Positions 9,363-19,495 of a stretch of 64,000 nt of DNA are shown one piece after another. The DNA comes from Escherichia phage vB_EcoM_F1, in the sequence record NC_054912.1; one strand, 5' to 3'. The translations under genes and the position numbers were made by a program. The notes beneath the pieces were generated by a model. It was given only the letters and a program-made list of their open reading frames with translations. It was not told the origin of the DNA and searched no databases. Each line of letters opens with the position of its first letter. The first letter of the stretch is position 1.

Positions 9363-10682
9363 TCATACATAAAATACATCATAACGACCACGGGTAACAC
9401 CAACATAAAGAAGTTGTTGGGCCAATTCAGCGTCTGCATAATGAATACAAGGCGTATAAATGAAAGCACGGTCTACAGACATACCCTGTGCTTTATGGAA
9501 TGTTGATGCAGGAAGTGCTTTCACTTTATTAAACTGTGATTTAGCATCCCAAAAATCACTCCATGGAGCTTTTCCACCTTTGTTCCAATTTTTATAAGTT
9601 TCTGCTGTTTTACCTAAAAATAGGTTAAACTTATACAGCTCTTCATCAGATGAAATTATTTTAATCTTTTCACGATAATATTCATCATCGCCGTAAGTTT
9701 CTACTGTTAAATCCCAATGACGAATTAGATATTCTCCAGAAACACCACGAGCTTTAACAAACGTCGATGTATACTCTGCTTCTATAATACGAACTAACTG
9801 TCCGTTATTAAAAATAATTTCTGACACAGGCTTTCCATCAATTTTATATGTTTTAATTAATGGTTCCTGCATTACAATAATTTCACCAACAATAAAATCT
9901 TTATCAGTTTCAAAAATCTTTTTACGAATAATGCTATTTAACTTATCAACAGATTTATTCGTAAATGCCATTACGCGATTTTCAAACAAATCATCTAAAG
10001 ATTTGACGATTGAAAAATAATTTACCATAAAATCGCGTAAAGCGGTATCACCAGTAAATCCACGTACTCCATGCCCGTCAACAACTTTATCATAAATCCA
10101 CTTACCGTTACGAACGTCAGTAGCTACATCAATAATAGGAGCATTACTGCGTTTAACTTCAGTGAGTTCGCACTGATAAAAATCTTTATGTGTAAAGAAT
10201 GGACTGATATAAGCAGTGTTTTCTCCTGGGTCAACAGGTCTAATTTGCTTATTATCCCCTATTCCAATTATAGTACACCAAGGTGGAATAGTTGAAAGCA
10301 GAATTTTAAATAGCTTTCTATCATACATTGACACTTCATCGCAGATTAATACTCTGCATTTAGCTAAATCTGGTACTTCCTTCTGCTCAAAGAGGACATT
10401 TTCTTCATATGTTACTGGGTTAATTTTAAGAATGCTGTGAATAGTACTCGCTTCTTTCCCCGACAGTTTTGAAAGAATCTTTTTAGCTGCATGTGTAGGA
10501 GCTGCTAAAATAATACCAGTTTCACCCGTAGATATTAAAGCTTCAATGATGAACTTAGTAAGAGTAGTCTTACCAGTACCAGCAGGTCCATTAATAGTCA
10601 CATGATGTTTCTTTTCTTTGATAGCCCTCATAACAATGTTAAAGGCATTTTTCTGACCTTCGGTCAAATCATCAAATGTCAT
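9363..10682 (-). CDS. dda: Dda SF1B DNA helicase
   Basis: 439 aa; Walker A GPAGTGKT; sequence recognised as T4 Dda. Confidence 0.9.
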   Translation of the reverse strand: MTFDDLTEGQKNAFNIVMRAIKEKKHHVTINGPAGTGKTTLTKFIIEALISTGETGIILAAPTHAAKKILSKLSGKEASTIHSILKINPVTYEENVLFEQKEVPDLAKCRVLICDEVSMYDRKLFKILLSTIPPWCTIIGIGDNKQIRPVDPGENTAYISPFFTHKDFYQCELTEVKRSNAPIIDVATDVRNGKWIYDKVVDGHGVRGFTGDTALRDFMVNYFSIVKSLDDLFENRVMAFTNKSVDKLNSIIRKKIFETDKDFIVGEIIVMQEPLIKTYKIDGKPVSEIIFNNGQLVRIIEAEYTSTFVKARGVSGEYLIRHWDLTVETYGDDEYYREKIKIISSDEELYKFNLFLGKTAETYKNWNKGGKAPWSDFWDAKSQFNKVKALPASTFHKAQGMSVDRAFIYTPCIHYADAELAQQLLYVGVTRGRYDVFYV

Positions 10683-10990
10683 CGTAAATTCCCTGCAATT
10701 GGTATACTAACAATACGCCCAGTATCTAAAATTCGCCGATATAATCTTTGTGTGTCTACATCAGGCTTAACATGTTTAACTTCTATTTTATTAAACCAAA
10801 ACTTGCGTGGAGTCTCAACTAATCTCGGAATTCCCATACCTAAAGCTAGTCGATACTGCTCTTTAAGAGTGGTAAATACTTTATCAGCAATCTCCCTTTC
10901 AAAAAATACAGCAGGGCGATGTTCATCAAGAGGAACTGGCGCCGTAAATCCATCTTTATCTCTATAAACTATCGCATATACATAAACCAT
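10679..10990 (-). CDS. hypothetical protein (103 aa)
   Basis: ORF with ATGA overlap to dda. Confidence 0.5.
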   Translation of the reverse strand: MVYVYAIVYRDKDGFTAPVPLDEHRPAVFFEREIADKVFTTLKEQYRLALGMGIPRLVETPRKFWFNKIEVKHVKPDVDTQRLYRRILDTGRIVSIPIAGNLR

Positions 10991-10991
10991 A

Positions 10992-11738
10992 TTATCCTCG
11001 GATAAGTTTAAAAATTGAACAATCTAGCGGGTATCCTCTTTTTAATTTGAGTTTATCAATAAATGACAAGTTTTGAAACCGCTCTACACCTTGAATAATT
11101 TTATCACACATATCATATTGCATTTCTGCTTCTGACAACTTTTTCACAGTTTTCCAATCCGAGCCTTTAAGAAGAACGTTCAGTTTAACAACTTCAGCGC
11201 CTTCTGCTATGCGAGAACCATCAATACGAGCTTTAAGTGCTATAATCGTTAGCTTAACGTCAGAAGTTTGTTTTGATTTAGAAAGCTGAGAAATGTGCTC
11301 AATTCGGTTTTCACGTTTTTTCTGTATAGCTTTAATTTGATTATAAGTCTTTTTGATTTTAGCCCATTTCTTTTCATCTAAATTTAGTTTATGAACTTTT
11401 TTCGCAGATGAACGACCAATTCGCAGAGCAAATAAATCACGCTTTTCAATCAACTCCTCTAAAGTATAATCAGAACGAAATGTATTATACTTTTTCTTTA
11501 CTGCAATAACATTCCCTTTAATGTATCCAACGTTATTATCAAAACGTTCTAATGATAATTTCTCTCCTTCAATACGATTATCAAAAGGTTCTCCCGAGTA
11601 AGCACAAACTTTTTGGTCTAAAATGTTCTTAATGTAATTGAAGTCTAAGTTAAAATCTTTAGAACGTCTTTTTGCAGATGCCTGAGTATGCTCTAGACGA
11701 CGTTTAATTTTACGAATTTGATTATTAGACAGCTTCAT
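10992..11738 (-). CDS. Srd-like protein (candidate)
   Basis: 248-aa ORF in the T4 srd position between dda and modA; identity by synteny only. Confidence 0.45.
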   Translation of the reverse strand: MKLSNNQIRKIKRRLEHTQASAKRRSKDFNLDFNYIKNILDQKVCAYSGEPFDNRIEGEKLSLERFDNNVGYIKGNVIAVKKKYNTFRSDYTLEELIEKRDLFALRIGRSSAKKVHKLNLDEKKWAKIKKTYNQIKAIQKKRENRIEHISQLSKSKQTSDVKLTIIALKARIDGSRIAEGAEVVKLNVLLKGSDWKTVKKLSEAEMQYDMCDKIIQGVERFQNLSFIDKLKLKRGYPLDCSIFKLIRG

Positions 11739-11773
11739 ATTTTTCTCACATCTTACGGACGATTTAATACTTT

Positions 11774-11806
11774 ATTACTATAACATTTTTACCTTAACTT
11801 GTAAAC
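11774..11806 (-). promoter_or_regulatory. T4-type early promoter
   Basis: minus strand GTTTACaagttaaggtaaaaatgTTATAGTAAT upstream of srd-like gene. Confidence 0.4.
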
Positions 11807-11863
11807 AACTTTATGTAAAAATGCTTTAAAAATTTCATGGTATAATGAATCTAAGTCCTTCCA

Positions 11864-12406
11864 TTATAGATTAAATCCTTCAAAATCAAGAGTATAGATA
11901 GTGTATGTTGAATACTTTTTGTACTCATATCTATCTGCAATTCTAAATACACTTCCAGCTGGTATCATTACTTCTTGTTCATCTGAAACTAATTCCATAT
12001 TACGATAACGATGACTATCCGGAAACTTAAAGTTTGGATTGTATTCTTTACAGCGTAGAGCTTTTATAGCATACTCCTGGAAATTGAATATCATAGGAGC
12101 TTTGAATTCAAAAATAACTTGTGTGTTATACTCTAAACCGGAAGCAAAATGTAGAGCTATATTTTTATCATATGAAGCTGATACTACTTTATCAAATGTA
12201 ATAATATCAATTCCTTGATTTAACACCTGCTTAGTCTCAGCTGGAACACCTCTCCAAAGAGGTTTATCGTTTGGTTCCAAACGAGATTTGATTATTTCAT
12301 TTAACCAAGTATGGTCATCTGGTTTATTAGTAATACAATGCAATTTCAGATAAATTAAACCCTTCAGAAAGTAATTCTTCACGAATAGAAGCACGCACCG
12401 ATGCAT
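11864..12406 (-). CDS. modA: ModA-like ADP-ribosyltransferase; N-terminus appears frameshifted
   Basis: R-S-E ART motifs (LWRGVPA, VVSASYD, EQEVMIPAG); a 42-codon ORF starting at ATG 12455 (ATGA with modB stop) lies in another frame and terminates at 12327. Confidence 0.6.
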   Translation of the reverse strand: MHRCVLLFVKNYFLKGLIYLKLHCITNKPDDHTWLNEIIKSRLEPNDKPLWRGVPAETKQVLNQGIDIITFDKVVSASYDKNIALHFASGLEYNTQVIFEFKAPMIFNFQEYAIKALRCKEYNPNFKFPDSHRYRNMELVSDEQEVMIPAGSVFRIADRYEYKKYSTYTIYTLDFEGFNL

Positions 12407-12451
12407 CCATTGATTTTATTTTAAAATCTTTTAGTTGCATTACTGAGTATT

Positions 12452-13075
12452 TCATTCAACTACCTCAATATCATAAACTTTAAATGTTCCAAACGAATCG
12501 TGTAATTTTTCTTTTGAAATAGAAGTTATTCTATACTTTCCAATTGGAATCATCCATTCTTGTTCACGCACAATCATCATTAAGTTATCAGTACGCTCTG
12601 AATCTAGCCCATCAGTATCTTCATACGTGTACTTAAACTCAGTATTAGGAGAAGAAAGTATAATATCGCTGATATGGTCAGAATAATTAAAAGCTTTATC
12701 AGTTTTTAAGCGAAATATTATTTCAGTGAAATACTCAACATAAGAAAAACCACATGCTGTGTGCAAACTAGTAGTAAATGAATCTACCCTGTTCGTTGAA
12801 AACACTTCTCCAACTTGTAAATCTTTAATGAGTTCTTTTGTCGATTTTGATATACCACGATATAACTGATATGGTGATTTAGTTAAATGCTTTTTAACGA
12901 TTTTATTCAACTGCCGATGAAGAGCTTCATTCTTTTTGGCTTCCATACATTGCCAAAGAACAGACTGCTCAAAATCAGTAAATTTTTCACAGACCTTTTT
13001 ATACATATCATATTGAAAATCAACGCTTTCAGCTTTTATAGATAACTGTTCAACATCTGCAAGATTAATAATCAT
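12452..13075 (-). CDS. modB: ModB ADP-ribosyltransferase
   Basis: 207 aa, ART motifs LYRGISK / FSTNR / EQEWMIP. Confidence 0.75.
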   Translation of the reverse strand: MIINLADVEQLSIKAESVDFQYDMYKKVCEKFTDFEQSVLWQCMEAKKNEALHRQLNKIVKKHLTKSPYQLYRGISKSTKELIKDLQVGEVFSTNRVDSFTTSLHTACGFSYVEYFTEIIFRLKTDKAFNYSDHISDIILSSPNTEFKYTYEDTDGLDSERTDNLMMIVREQEWMIPIGKYRITSISKEKLHDSFGTFKVYDIEVVE

Positions 13076-13099
13076 GATAGCCTCCGTATACTTCAGAAG

Positions 13100-13131
13100 C
13101 TATCATATCATCGTTAGAAAGGAAAGTAAAC
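13100..13131 (-). promoter_or_regulatory. T4-type early promoter
   Basis: minus strand GTTTACtttcctttctaacgatgATATGATAG upstream of modB. Confidence 0.4.
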
Positions 13132-13142
13132 AACTTTTTGAA

Positions 13143-13325
13143 TTATTTTGCCCAGGGAGCCCAGGGCGGAGGGTCAAGATGGTATGAAGCTAGTTCTTCT
13201 AGAAGAGCATCTGGGGCTTCAATTCCATAATTCTGTAATACTATACGGTACTCTTTCTTATAATCACTAGAATCATTCTGGTTATTCGTAGAATGATTAT
13301 CTTCTAACATCTCAAATAAATCCAT
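13143..13325 (-). CDS. hypothetical protein (60 aa)
   Basis: track ORF. Confidence 0.4.
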   Translation of the reverse strand: MDLFEMLEDNHSTNNQNDSSDYKKEYRIVLQNYGIEAPDALLEELASYHLDPPPWAPWAK

Positions 13326-13333
13326 ATTAATTC

Positions 13334-13804
13334 CTAGCGATAAAAACCAAAATGACGATTAGCTTCAGCAATCTTTCTTTCTTCTTCGGACATTCTCCAG
13401 CGTAGTCCAACATCAAAATGAGCCCAGACCATCCTAACAAATGCATTTATATCTTTAATATCTTCAATAATGAATGTTTTACTTTTAGAAGGTTGACTCG
13501 CTAATTTAACTTTATCGTCTTCAAACATGTCAAAAAGACCATATTCATGAGCTCTTTTATAGCCTTTAATAGTTAAAGCTTCAGAAGAAGAAAACGGTGA
13601 ATCAGTATTCTGCAAAATATCTTCAGTATGCTTTATAATTAGAATAATATTTTCTGGATATTTTCTTTCTTTTATATCTTTAATTAAAATATCCGGATTT
13701 TCTGCTAAAGGAATAATTAATGAGCATTCTTTATCAAGCGTATTTACTGATTTACCTTCTTTAGACATAAATTCTATTGAATAATGTTTTGCTACTTCAA
13801 TCAT
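13334..13804 (-). CDS. hypothetical protein (156 aa)
   Basis: track ORF. Confidence 0.5.
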   Translation of the reverse strand: MIEVAKHYSIEFMSKEGKSVNTLDKECSLIIPLAENPDILIKDIKERKYPENIILIIKHTEDILQNTDSPFSSSEALTIKGYKRAHEYGLFDMFEDDKVKLASQPSKSKTFIIEDIKDINAFVRMVWAHFDVGLRWRMSEEERKIAEANRHFGFYR

Positions 13805-13957
13805 GTGATTTCCTTTTGCCTACTAATGGACCATCGGGAATTTTGTTTTCCTGGATATATTTCTCATTTTCTTCCATCATTTTACTGCCGATTTTAAGAA
13901 GCAAATCCAGTGCTTCATTTGCTTTTGCTTTAGCCTCTTCTAATGTCATATCTTTGT

Positions 13958-14161
13958 TCATGATTTATCCCCATAGATGTCTCTCATCAATTTAAGCGCT
14001 GAGCGCTCTAATTTCTTTTCTTTCTCAGCGCTAATCATTGATTTCATCCATTCTTCCGATTCGTTCTGCATTTCTTTATTTGCTTGTTCAACCCAACCAT
14101 CATCAATATACATTGAGTTTGGTCTATTAAACCATTCAAGTATTTTCTTCAGAACTTTCAT
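13958..14161 (-). CDS. hypothetical protein (67 aa)
   Basis: track ORF. Confidence 0.4.
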   Translation of the reverse strand: MKVLKKILEWFNRPNSMYIDDGWVEQANKEMQNESEEWMKSMISAEKEKKLERSALKLMRDIYGDKS

Positions 14162-14633
14162 TTGTTTTACCTAAAACGACAGTAGGAGCATCGTCAAATT
14201 CATGAATTTTTAGCAAATTTGGATGTAAACTATTCCATACAGAAGAAATAAAGTATGATAAAGCGTCTTCACTCGCAATTATAAATTTATTTCCTTTATC
14301 TATTTTCCAACTATATAATGAATCGTACGAATAGAAAGATAAAGGTTTATCATTATATTGTTCTGCGCTAACATTAATGTATTCGGATTTAGTAAATGCT
14401 TCAATTGCTCTAAACGGAATATTTGGCACAGTTTCAATAATACCAATCTTTTTAAGTTTTATTTCAGCATCTTCTGGAACTGGCATTGAAACGAAATTTT
14501 CTACGAGATACATTGGGTCACAATAACCCTTATCAATCATTACTGCTACTGTAATTGGAACATCTTTAGCAAACGACATACTATTACTGCTAATATACAT
14601 TTCAAACAAAATAGCTTCCATAATTTTCCTCAA
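14136..14633 (-). CDS. hypothetical protein (165 aa)
   Basis: track ORF, ATGA overlap with upstream gene. Confidence 0.5.
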   Translation of the reverse strand: MRKIMEAILFEMYISSNSMSFAKDVPITVAVMIDKGYCDPMYLVENFVSMPVPEDAEIKLKKIGIIETVPNIPFRAIEAFTKSEYINVSAEQYNDKPLSFYSYDSLYSWKIDKGNKFIIASEDALSYFISSVWNSLHPNLLKIHEFDDAPTVVLGKTNESSEENT

Positions 14634-14965
14634 TCACAAGACGTAGATGAACAACTAGAATCACAAGAACTTCCACATGAATCGCCTGCCCATACATGAA
14701 CAGGAACATTCGTATCATATGAATCAGAACTAGACTGTGTATTAGATGGTGCAGACGTAGGTACTGACCAGCGCCAAGGATTTTTATAATATTCTTGGGC
14801 TTCTTCATAAGTCATAGTAACTGCTTCTACTGTTCCATCTCCCATATAAACATACTCAACTACAGTTAAAGGAAGGTAGTCATTTGAAATAGGAACTACA
14901 CCTTCTCCAGGAGTTGTAGAGAAAAAATCTGTGAACAAACTTTTAAACCAATTAAAGATAAACAT
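14630..14965 (-). CDS. hypothetical protein with Cys/Ser-rich C-terminal tail
   Basis: 111 aa ending [18 protein letters not shown]. Confidence 0.5.
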   Translation of the reverse strand: MFIFNWFKSLFTDFFSTTPGEGVVPISNDYLPLTVVEYVYMGDGTVEAVTMTYEEAQEYYKNPWRWSVPTSAPSNTQSSSDSYDTNVPVHVWAGDSCGSSCDSSCSSTSCD

Positions 14966-15177
14966 TACAAAAAGCCTCTTTGAAATTCGACTCTTTGAAA
15001 TCCACCCCAGTCAGTATATCGCATTTCAGCATTGAACTCGACTGAACCATCTGCATGCATCATGAATGAATGCGTGACGATATCACAATCCCAGCTTTTC
15101 ATACCCCATTTATCAGAGATAGCTTTATCAAGAACCTTCTGGAGGTCTTCATTTGGTTTAATCCAACGATTTAACAT
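14965..15177 (-). CDS. hypothetical protein (70 aa)
   Basis: track ORF downstream of an early promoter. Confidence 0.5.
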   Translation of the reverse strand: MLNRWIKPNEDLQKVLDKAISDKWGMKSWDCDIVTHSFMMHADGSVEFNAEMRYTDWGGFQRVEFQRGFL

Positions 15178-15203
15178 AGTGCTCTCCTCTATAAGATAAT
15201 TCT

Positions 15204-15233
15204 ATTATACCACACTCATTTTGATATGTAAAC
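15204..15233 (-). promoter_or_regulatory. T4-type early promoter
   Basis: minus strand GTTTACatatcaaaatgagtgTGGTATAAT. Confidence 0.5.
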
Positions 15234-15247
15234 TGCAAAAACGAAAA

Positions 15248-15269
15248 AAGGAACCCCGAAGGATTCCTT
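15248..15269 (-). terminator. stem-loop with U-run, likely terminator after soc
   Basis: aaggaacc-ccgaa-ggattcctt (one bulge); minus RNA followed by uuuuuucguuuuu. Confidence 0.5.
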
Positions 15270-15276
15270 AAATTAT

Positions 15277-15534
15277 TTAACCACCTACACCTGATGCAGG
15301 TGTAACAGTCCAAAGACCTTCATTTGCAGTAATCCAATCAGCACGCTGATTTTCTTCATATACTGTTGAATACGCTGCTTTTTCTGAAGGAAATGTCTGA
15401 TAATGGGCCCCAGAAATTTTGTGAACATCAGAATAAAGAGGGAAAGCTACAGAAATTTCTTTACCCTGAATTTTACCACCATCAACTACTTGGTCAAATG
15501 TTTTGATATTAACATAACCGCGAGTACTAGCCAT
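15277..15534 (-). CDS. soc: small outer capsid protein Soc
   Basis: MASTRGYVNIKTF...SVAFPLYSDVHKISGAHYQTFPSEKAAYSTVYEENQR recognised as T4 Soc. Confidence 0.9.
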   Translation of the reverse strand: MASTRGYVNIKTFDQVVDGGKIQGKEISVAFPLYSDVHKISGAHYQTFPSEKAAYSTVYEENQRADWITANEGLWTVTPASGVGG

Positions 15535-15564
15535 GTAATTCTCCTTTTATTTAAATTACATGAT

Positions 15565-15572
15565 TATTTATA
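15565..15572 (-). promoter_or_regulatory. T4 late promoter (TATAAATA) for soc
   Basis: exact TATAAATA on minus strand about 31 nt upstream of soc ATG. Confidence 0.6.
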
Positions 15573-16257
15573 CATCTTCTTTTCTGAATAAATAAATTAA
15601 ATTCTTAAGAGCTGAACTTGTTACATCATATTTTCCTTTAAGCGCCTTTACAACCGGGCCTGTTGCTGGTTTACCTAAAGAAACCCATAACTCATGTATT
15701 TCGCTTTTAAGCGGTTCATGCCAATGCGGCGCTTTTCTTTGCGCCCTTGAAGTTCCTTCTGAAATCTTTTTATTTCCGCCATTCGAATAAAACTTTTTCA
15801 TTACTTCAGATTGCCGAGCTTTTCGTTCTGCTCTATTTTGGGCTATACGTTGTGAATTCTTCATCCGAGTTTTTGTTTCAGGATTGTTTAATCTAAGTTT
15901 ATGTTCTAATCGTTGTTGCTCAGTCCATTTTCTTCCTTCTCCACCCTGACCACCAGGAGAAATATTAATGCAAGTATCTGGGTGTTTACGTTTTAATGCA
16001 GATATTAGCTCGCGTTCAACTTCATATGATTTTTCTCTAGAACCATGGCATTTTGACCAACGTATTTTATAATTAAAACCATACTTACGATATATGTTCC
16101 ATAGTATTTTGCCTGACCCCGGATATTTATCATCATATGGATTTACAATAAATGATTCATGTTTCCCAGCGTACCAAAAGACGCCTTTCGGCGTCCTAAC
16201 TTTTACTATATATGTTCTATAAAATTTTTGTTTAATACCCATTATCTTGACGTTCAA
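15568..16257 (-). CDS. segF: GIY-YIG homing endonuclease-like protein (SegF-like position between 56 and soc)
   Basis: 229-aa ORF, N-terminal YIVKV...FWYAGKH GIY-YIG-like motif, basic C-terminal region; position as in T4. Confidence 0.55.
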   Translation of the reverse strand: MNVKIMGIKQKFYRTYIVKVRTPKGVFWYAGKHESFIVNPYDDKYPGSGKILWNIYRKYGFNYKIRWSKCHGSREKSYEVERELISALKRKHPDTCINISPGGQGGEGRKWTEQQRLEHKLRLNNPETKTRMKNSQRIAQNRAERKARQSEVMKKFYSNGGNKKISEGTSRAQRKAPHWHEPLKSEIHELWVSLGKPATGPVVKALKGKYDVTSSALKNLIYLFRKEDV

Positions 16258-16747
16258 AATTATGTTTATTTTTCAAATAATAAAGTTTAAAGATTTCTTC
16301 CGCATTCATTCCAAGGCCAGCAAACATATTTAATACGAAATGAAATATATCCACAAGCTCAAATTTAATTTCGAGCTGATCTTCTGGGGACATTTCATCA
16401 ATGCGTTTTTCTTGCGCTTCAATATAACGTGCTTTCCATTTTTTCCAAACTGCCGATGCATCTTTTTCACCACGTGACATTTCACCAAGAGAAGTCAGAA
16501 GTTCGCGGAATTCATCATCAATACAGTCTTTTTGTTCACGCATCCAAGAAACAACATCACCGGCAGTTTCTAATTTATCTGGATGATAACAGTATTCGCG
16601 GTCATTTGCTAAACGAATCTGCAGAGATTTCTGCATGTCAAGCATTACCTGCAGCGGGTCTTTTTCATCACCGAGAATATCCCAGTATTCATTTTGAGCT
16701 TTATCAGCGCCTTCGATCAGTTGACTACATTCGTTAAAGTAAGCCAT
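16232..16747 (-). CDS. 56: dCTP pyrophosphatase (gene 56)
   Basis: 171 aa from ATG at 16747 (track ORF begins at an upstream start); MAYFNECSQLIEGADKAQNEYWDILG recognised. Confidence 0.85.
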   Translation of the reverse strand: MAYFNECSQLIEGADKAQNEYWDILGDEKDPLQVMLDMQKSLQIRLANDREYCYHPDKLETAGDVVSWMREQKDCIDDEFRELLTSLGEMSRGEKDASAVWKKWKARYIEAQEKRIDEMSPEDQLEIKFELVDIFHFVLNMFAGLGMNAEEIFKLYYLKNKHNFERQDNGY

Positions 16748-16807
16748 TATTTTTCCTTTCAATTCATTAATAAGTTAAATAATTATATCATTTGAATATG
16801 TAAGCAA

Positions 16808-17596
<789 letters not shown>

Positions 17597-17698
17597 TCAT
17601 TTATTGCAGCAAAAAACGAATTATATAATTCTTCATCATATGTATTTGATAGTAATACTAACACGTTTTGCGATAAATATTAATTTAAAGGAGGACAT

Positions 17699-17899
17699 AT
17701 GGTACAAAAATTAATGGCACTTGTTAATGCCATAAAAGGTAATAAGAAACGTATAGCTTTTACTATTTCTGCTATGATAGGAATTTTACTTTGGAATTTT
17801 GTTTTATCGCCAGTTGCTATTGCTCATGGCGTTAGTATTCCAGTAGTTACTCTTGATACATTCGTAGATTTAGCATTTGCTTTAGTTGGGTTAATTTAA
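17699..17899 (+). CDS. candidate small membrane protein (66 aa, two hydrophobic segments) on the opposite strand
   Basis: AAAGGAGGA Shine-Dalgarno about 4 nt before ATG; lies in the dam-61 intergenic gap; stop overlaps gene 61 stop. Confidence 0.45.
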   Translation: MVQKLMALVNAIKGNKKRIAFTISAMIGILLWNFVLSPVAIAHGVSIPVVTLDTFVDLAFALVGLI

Positions 17900-18924
17900 A
17901 TCTTAGCATATTTAGATAACCGCATTTTAGCCATCAACCCCTGGGCAATATTATTTTTCATATATTCCATAATTTGTTCAGGGGTTGCACCTTCCTTTCT
18001 AATCATATCATTAACATCTTTTGATTTCCAGGGAGATTTATCCCAAAACATAACCCTTTCTCCTGCATCAACTAATTTAGTCATTCGTTTGATAGTGTCA
18101 GGGTGACGAGGTTCATTATCTAAAACCCACACTCGTCTATCTTTAAATGGAACAACTTCTAGGTCTAATTGACCACCCGTAATAGCTATACCATTTTCAA
18201 TAAAAAGTGAATCTATAGGTCCTTCTAGAACATATACATCACCATCTTTAACCCGTTCGACTCCATAGATTTTTGTTGCCTCAGGATAAGCTTTGATGGT
18301 GATATATTTTTGAGGAGCATCTTTCTTTAATGCACGTCCTTGAAAAGACTCAGCTTTTCCATTAGCATTATAAATTGGAATAACAAGACGAGGCTCAGAA
18401 ATTTCCTTTTTATATGTTCCCGGTGCTATGCTATTAACTAATTTAGGCCATTCGGTTGTAAACCAAAGATATTTCCATTTATCCTTTGGAATACAACGAG
18501 CTTTTACATATTTTATAATTGGATGGTCTTCCGACAGTTTATCTAATCTAACACATGACGGAAGAGATTTAATTATTTTCTTCTCAGGTTGTTTAGGAAG
18601 TTCTTTAGGTTTTTCTACTGGACGACTTTTACCTTTTTCTTTTCTTATTTCAAAGATATACTCACGATATAAATCAGGTTCAAACTCCTTTAAATATATT
18701 CCGATTGGTGCATGATAGTTACAGTTATAACAATGAATATTTCCTTCATTATTATCGCCATAATACCATCCACGGGCTTTATTTTGATCGGTTTTTGAAT
18801 CTCCACAAACGGGACATCTAAACCGTAATTTAAAAGTTGAACTATTATTTACTTGTGCGAATTTAGGTAAATGAGCCAATGCACGGTATGCAAACTCATT
18901 ATCAATCCAAGGTATTGATGACAT
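17896..18924 (-). CDS. 61: DNA primase (gene 61)
   Basis: 342 aa; N-terminal zinc ribbon CPVCGD...CYNC; TOPRIM region; recognised as T4 gp61. Confidence 0.9.
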   Translation of the reverse strand: MSSIPWIDNEFAYRALAHLPKFAQVNNSSTFKLRFRCPVCGDSKTDQNKARGWYYGDNNEGNIHCYNCNYHAPIGIYLKEFEPDLYREYIFEIRKEKGKSRPVEKPKELPKQPEKKIIKSLPSCVRLDKLSEDHPIIKYVKARCIPKDKWKYLWFTTEWPKLVNSIAPGTYKKEISEPRLVIPIYNANGKAESFQGRALKKDAPQKYITIKAYPEATKIYGVERVKDGDVYVLEGPIDSLFIENGIAITGGQLDLEVVPFKDRRVWVLDNEPRHPDTIKRMTKLVDAGERVMFWDKSPWKSKDVNDMIRKEGATPEQIMEYMKNNIAQGLMAKMRLSKYAKI

Positions 18925-18926
18925 TT

Positions 18927-19091
18927 TTACTCTTCTTTTTCTTTAGATTCCTCTTTTTTCTTTTTAGGAATCTGTTCAGGACCTTTATTTACTACAGCAC
19001 CTGATGTTGTTCCAGTAGAGATATTTTCAGGATTACCACCTGAATCTCCAGCAACCATATCTTCTTTAATAAATTCTTTATATGTTTTCAT
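18927..19091 (-). CDS. small Lys/Glu-rich hypothetical protein (54 aa)
   Basis: manually translated MKTYKEFIKEDMVAGDSGGNPENIS...KEKEE; fills the gap upstream of gene 61. Confidence 0.4.
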   Translation of the reverse strand: MKTYKEFIKEDMVAGDSGGNPENISTGTTSGAVVNKGPEQIPKKKKEESKEKEE

Positions 19092-19137
19092 ATTAACCTC
19101 TATTCATAAAAGCATTAAAAATTTGGTCATCAATAGA
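19089..19137 (-). repeat. 49-bp direct repeat, copy 1 (spans stop of 19093..19449 and start of downstream ORF)
   Basis: catattaacctctattcataaaagcattaaaaatttggtcatcaataga; 46/49 identical to copy 2. Confidence 0.6.
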
Positions 19138-19449
19138 TGGAATAGCAACCTTTTCGGCATCATTTAGCAAATCATTAATTTCATCAGATAGCATAACACA
19201 TGTGCCTTTATTTCCTGTAATTGTTACTGCACAATTACGAACGTTTTCTTTATCAAATTTTAGGTTAATATTTTCGTAGTGAAAATCCTTTAATGCCGAA
19301 TATATCTTTAAAATGAAATTGTCTTTTACTACAATAAACCCAACCTCACTATTAAAACGTGGTTCATGGAAACTGTAATAAACCTTTTCATCTATAAAAT
19401 CGTATGAAATTTTTTCCATTTTTAAATATGAAAATTCAGAACTATACAT
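19093..19449 (-). CDS. hypothetical protein (118 aa) with one G.IFV.KDN.I domain
   Basis: shares domain motif and C-terminal tail SIDDQIFNAFMN with the next ORF. Confidence 0.55.
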   Translation of the reverse strand: MYSSEFSYLKMEKISYDFIDEKVYYSFHEPRFNSEVGFIVVKDNFILKIYSALKDFHYENINLKFDKENVRNCAVTITGNKGTCVMLSDEINDLLNDAEKVAIPSIDDQIFNAFMNRG

Positions 19450-19495
19450 ATTAACCTTTATTCATAAAAGCATTAAAAATTTGATCGTCAATAGA
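19447..19495 (-). repeat. 49-bp direct repeat, copy 2
   Basis: catattaacctttattcataaaagcattaaaaatttgatcgtcaataga. Confidence 0.6.
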
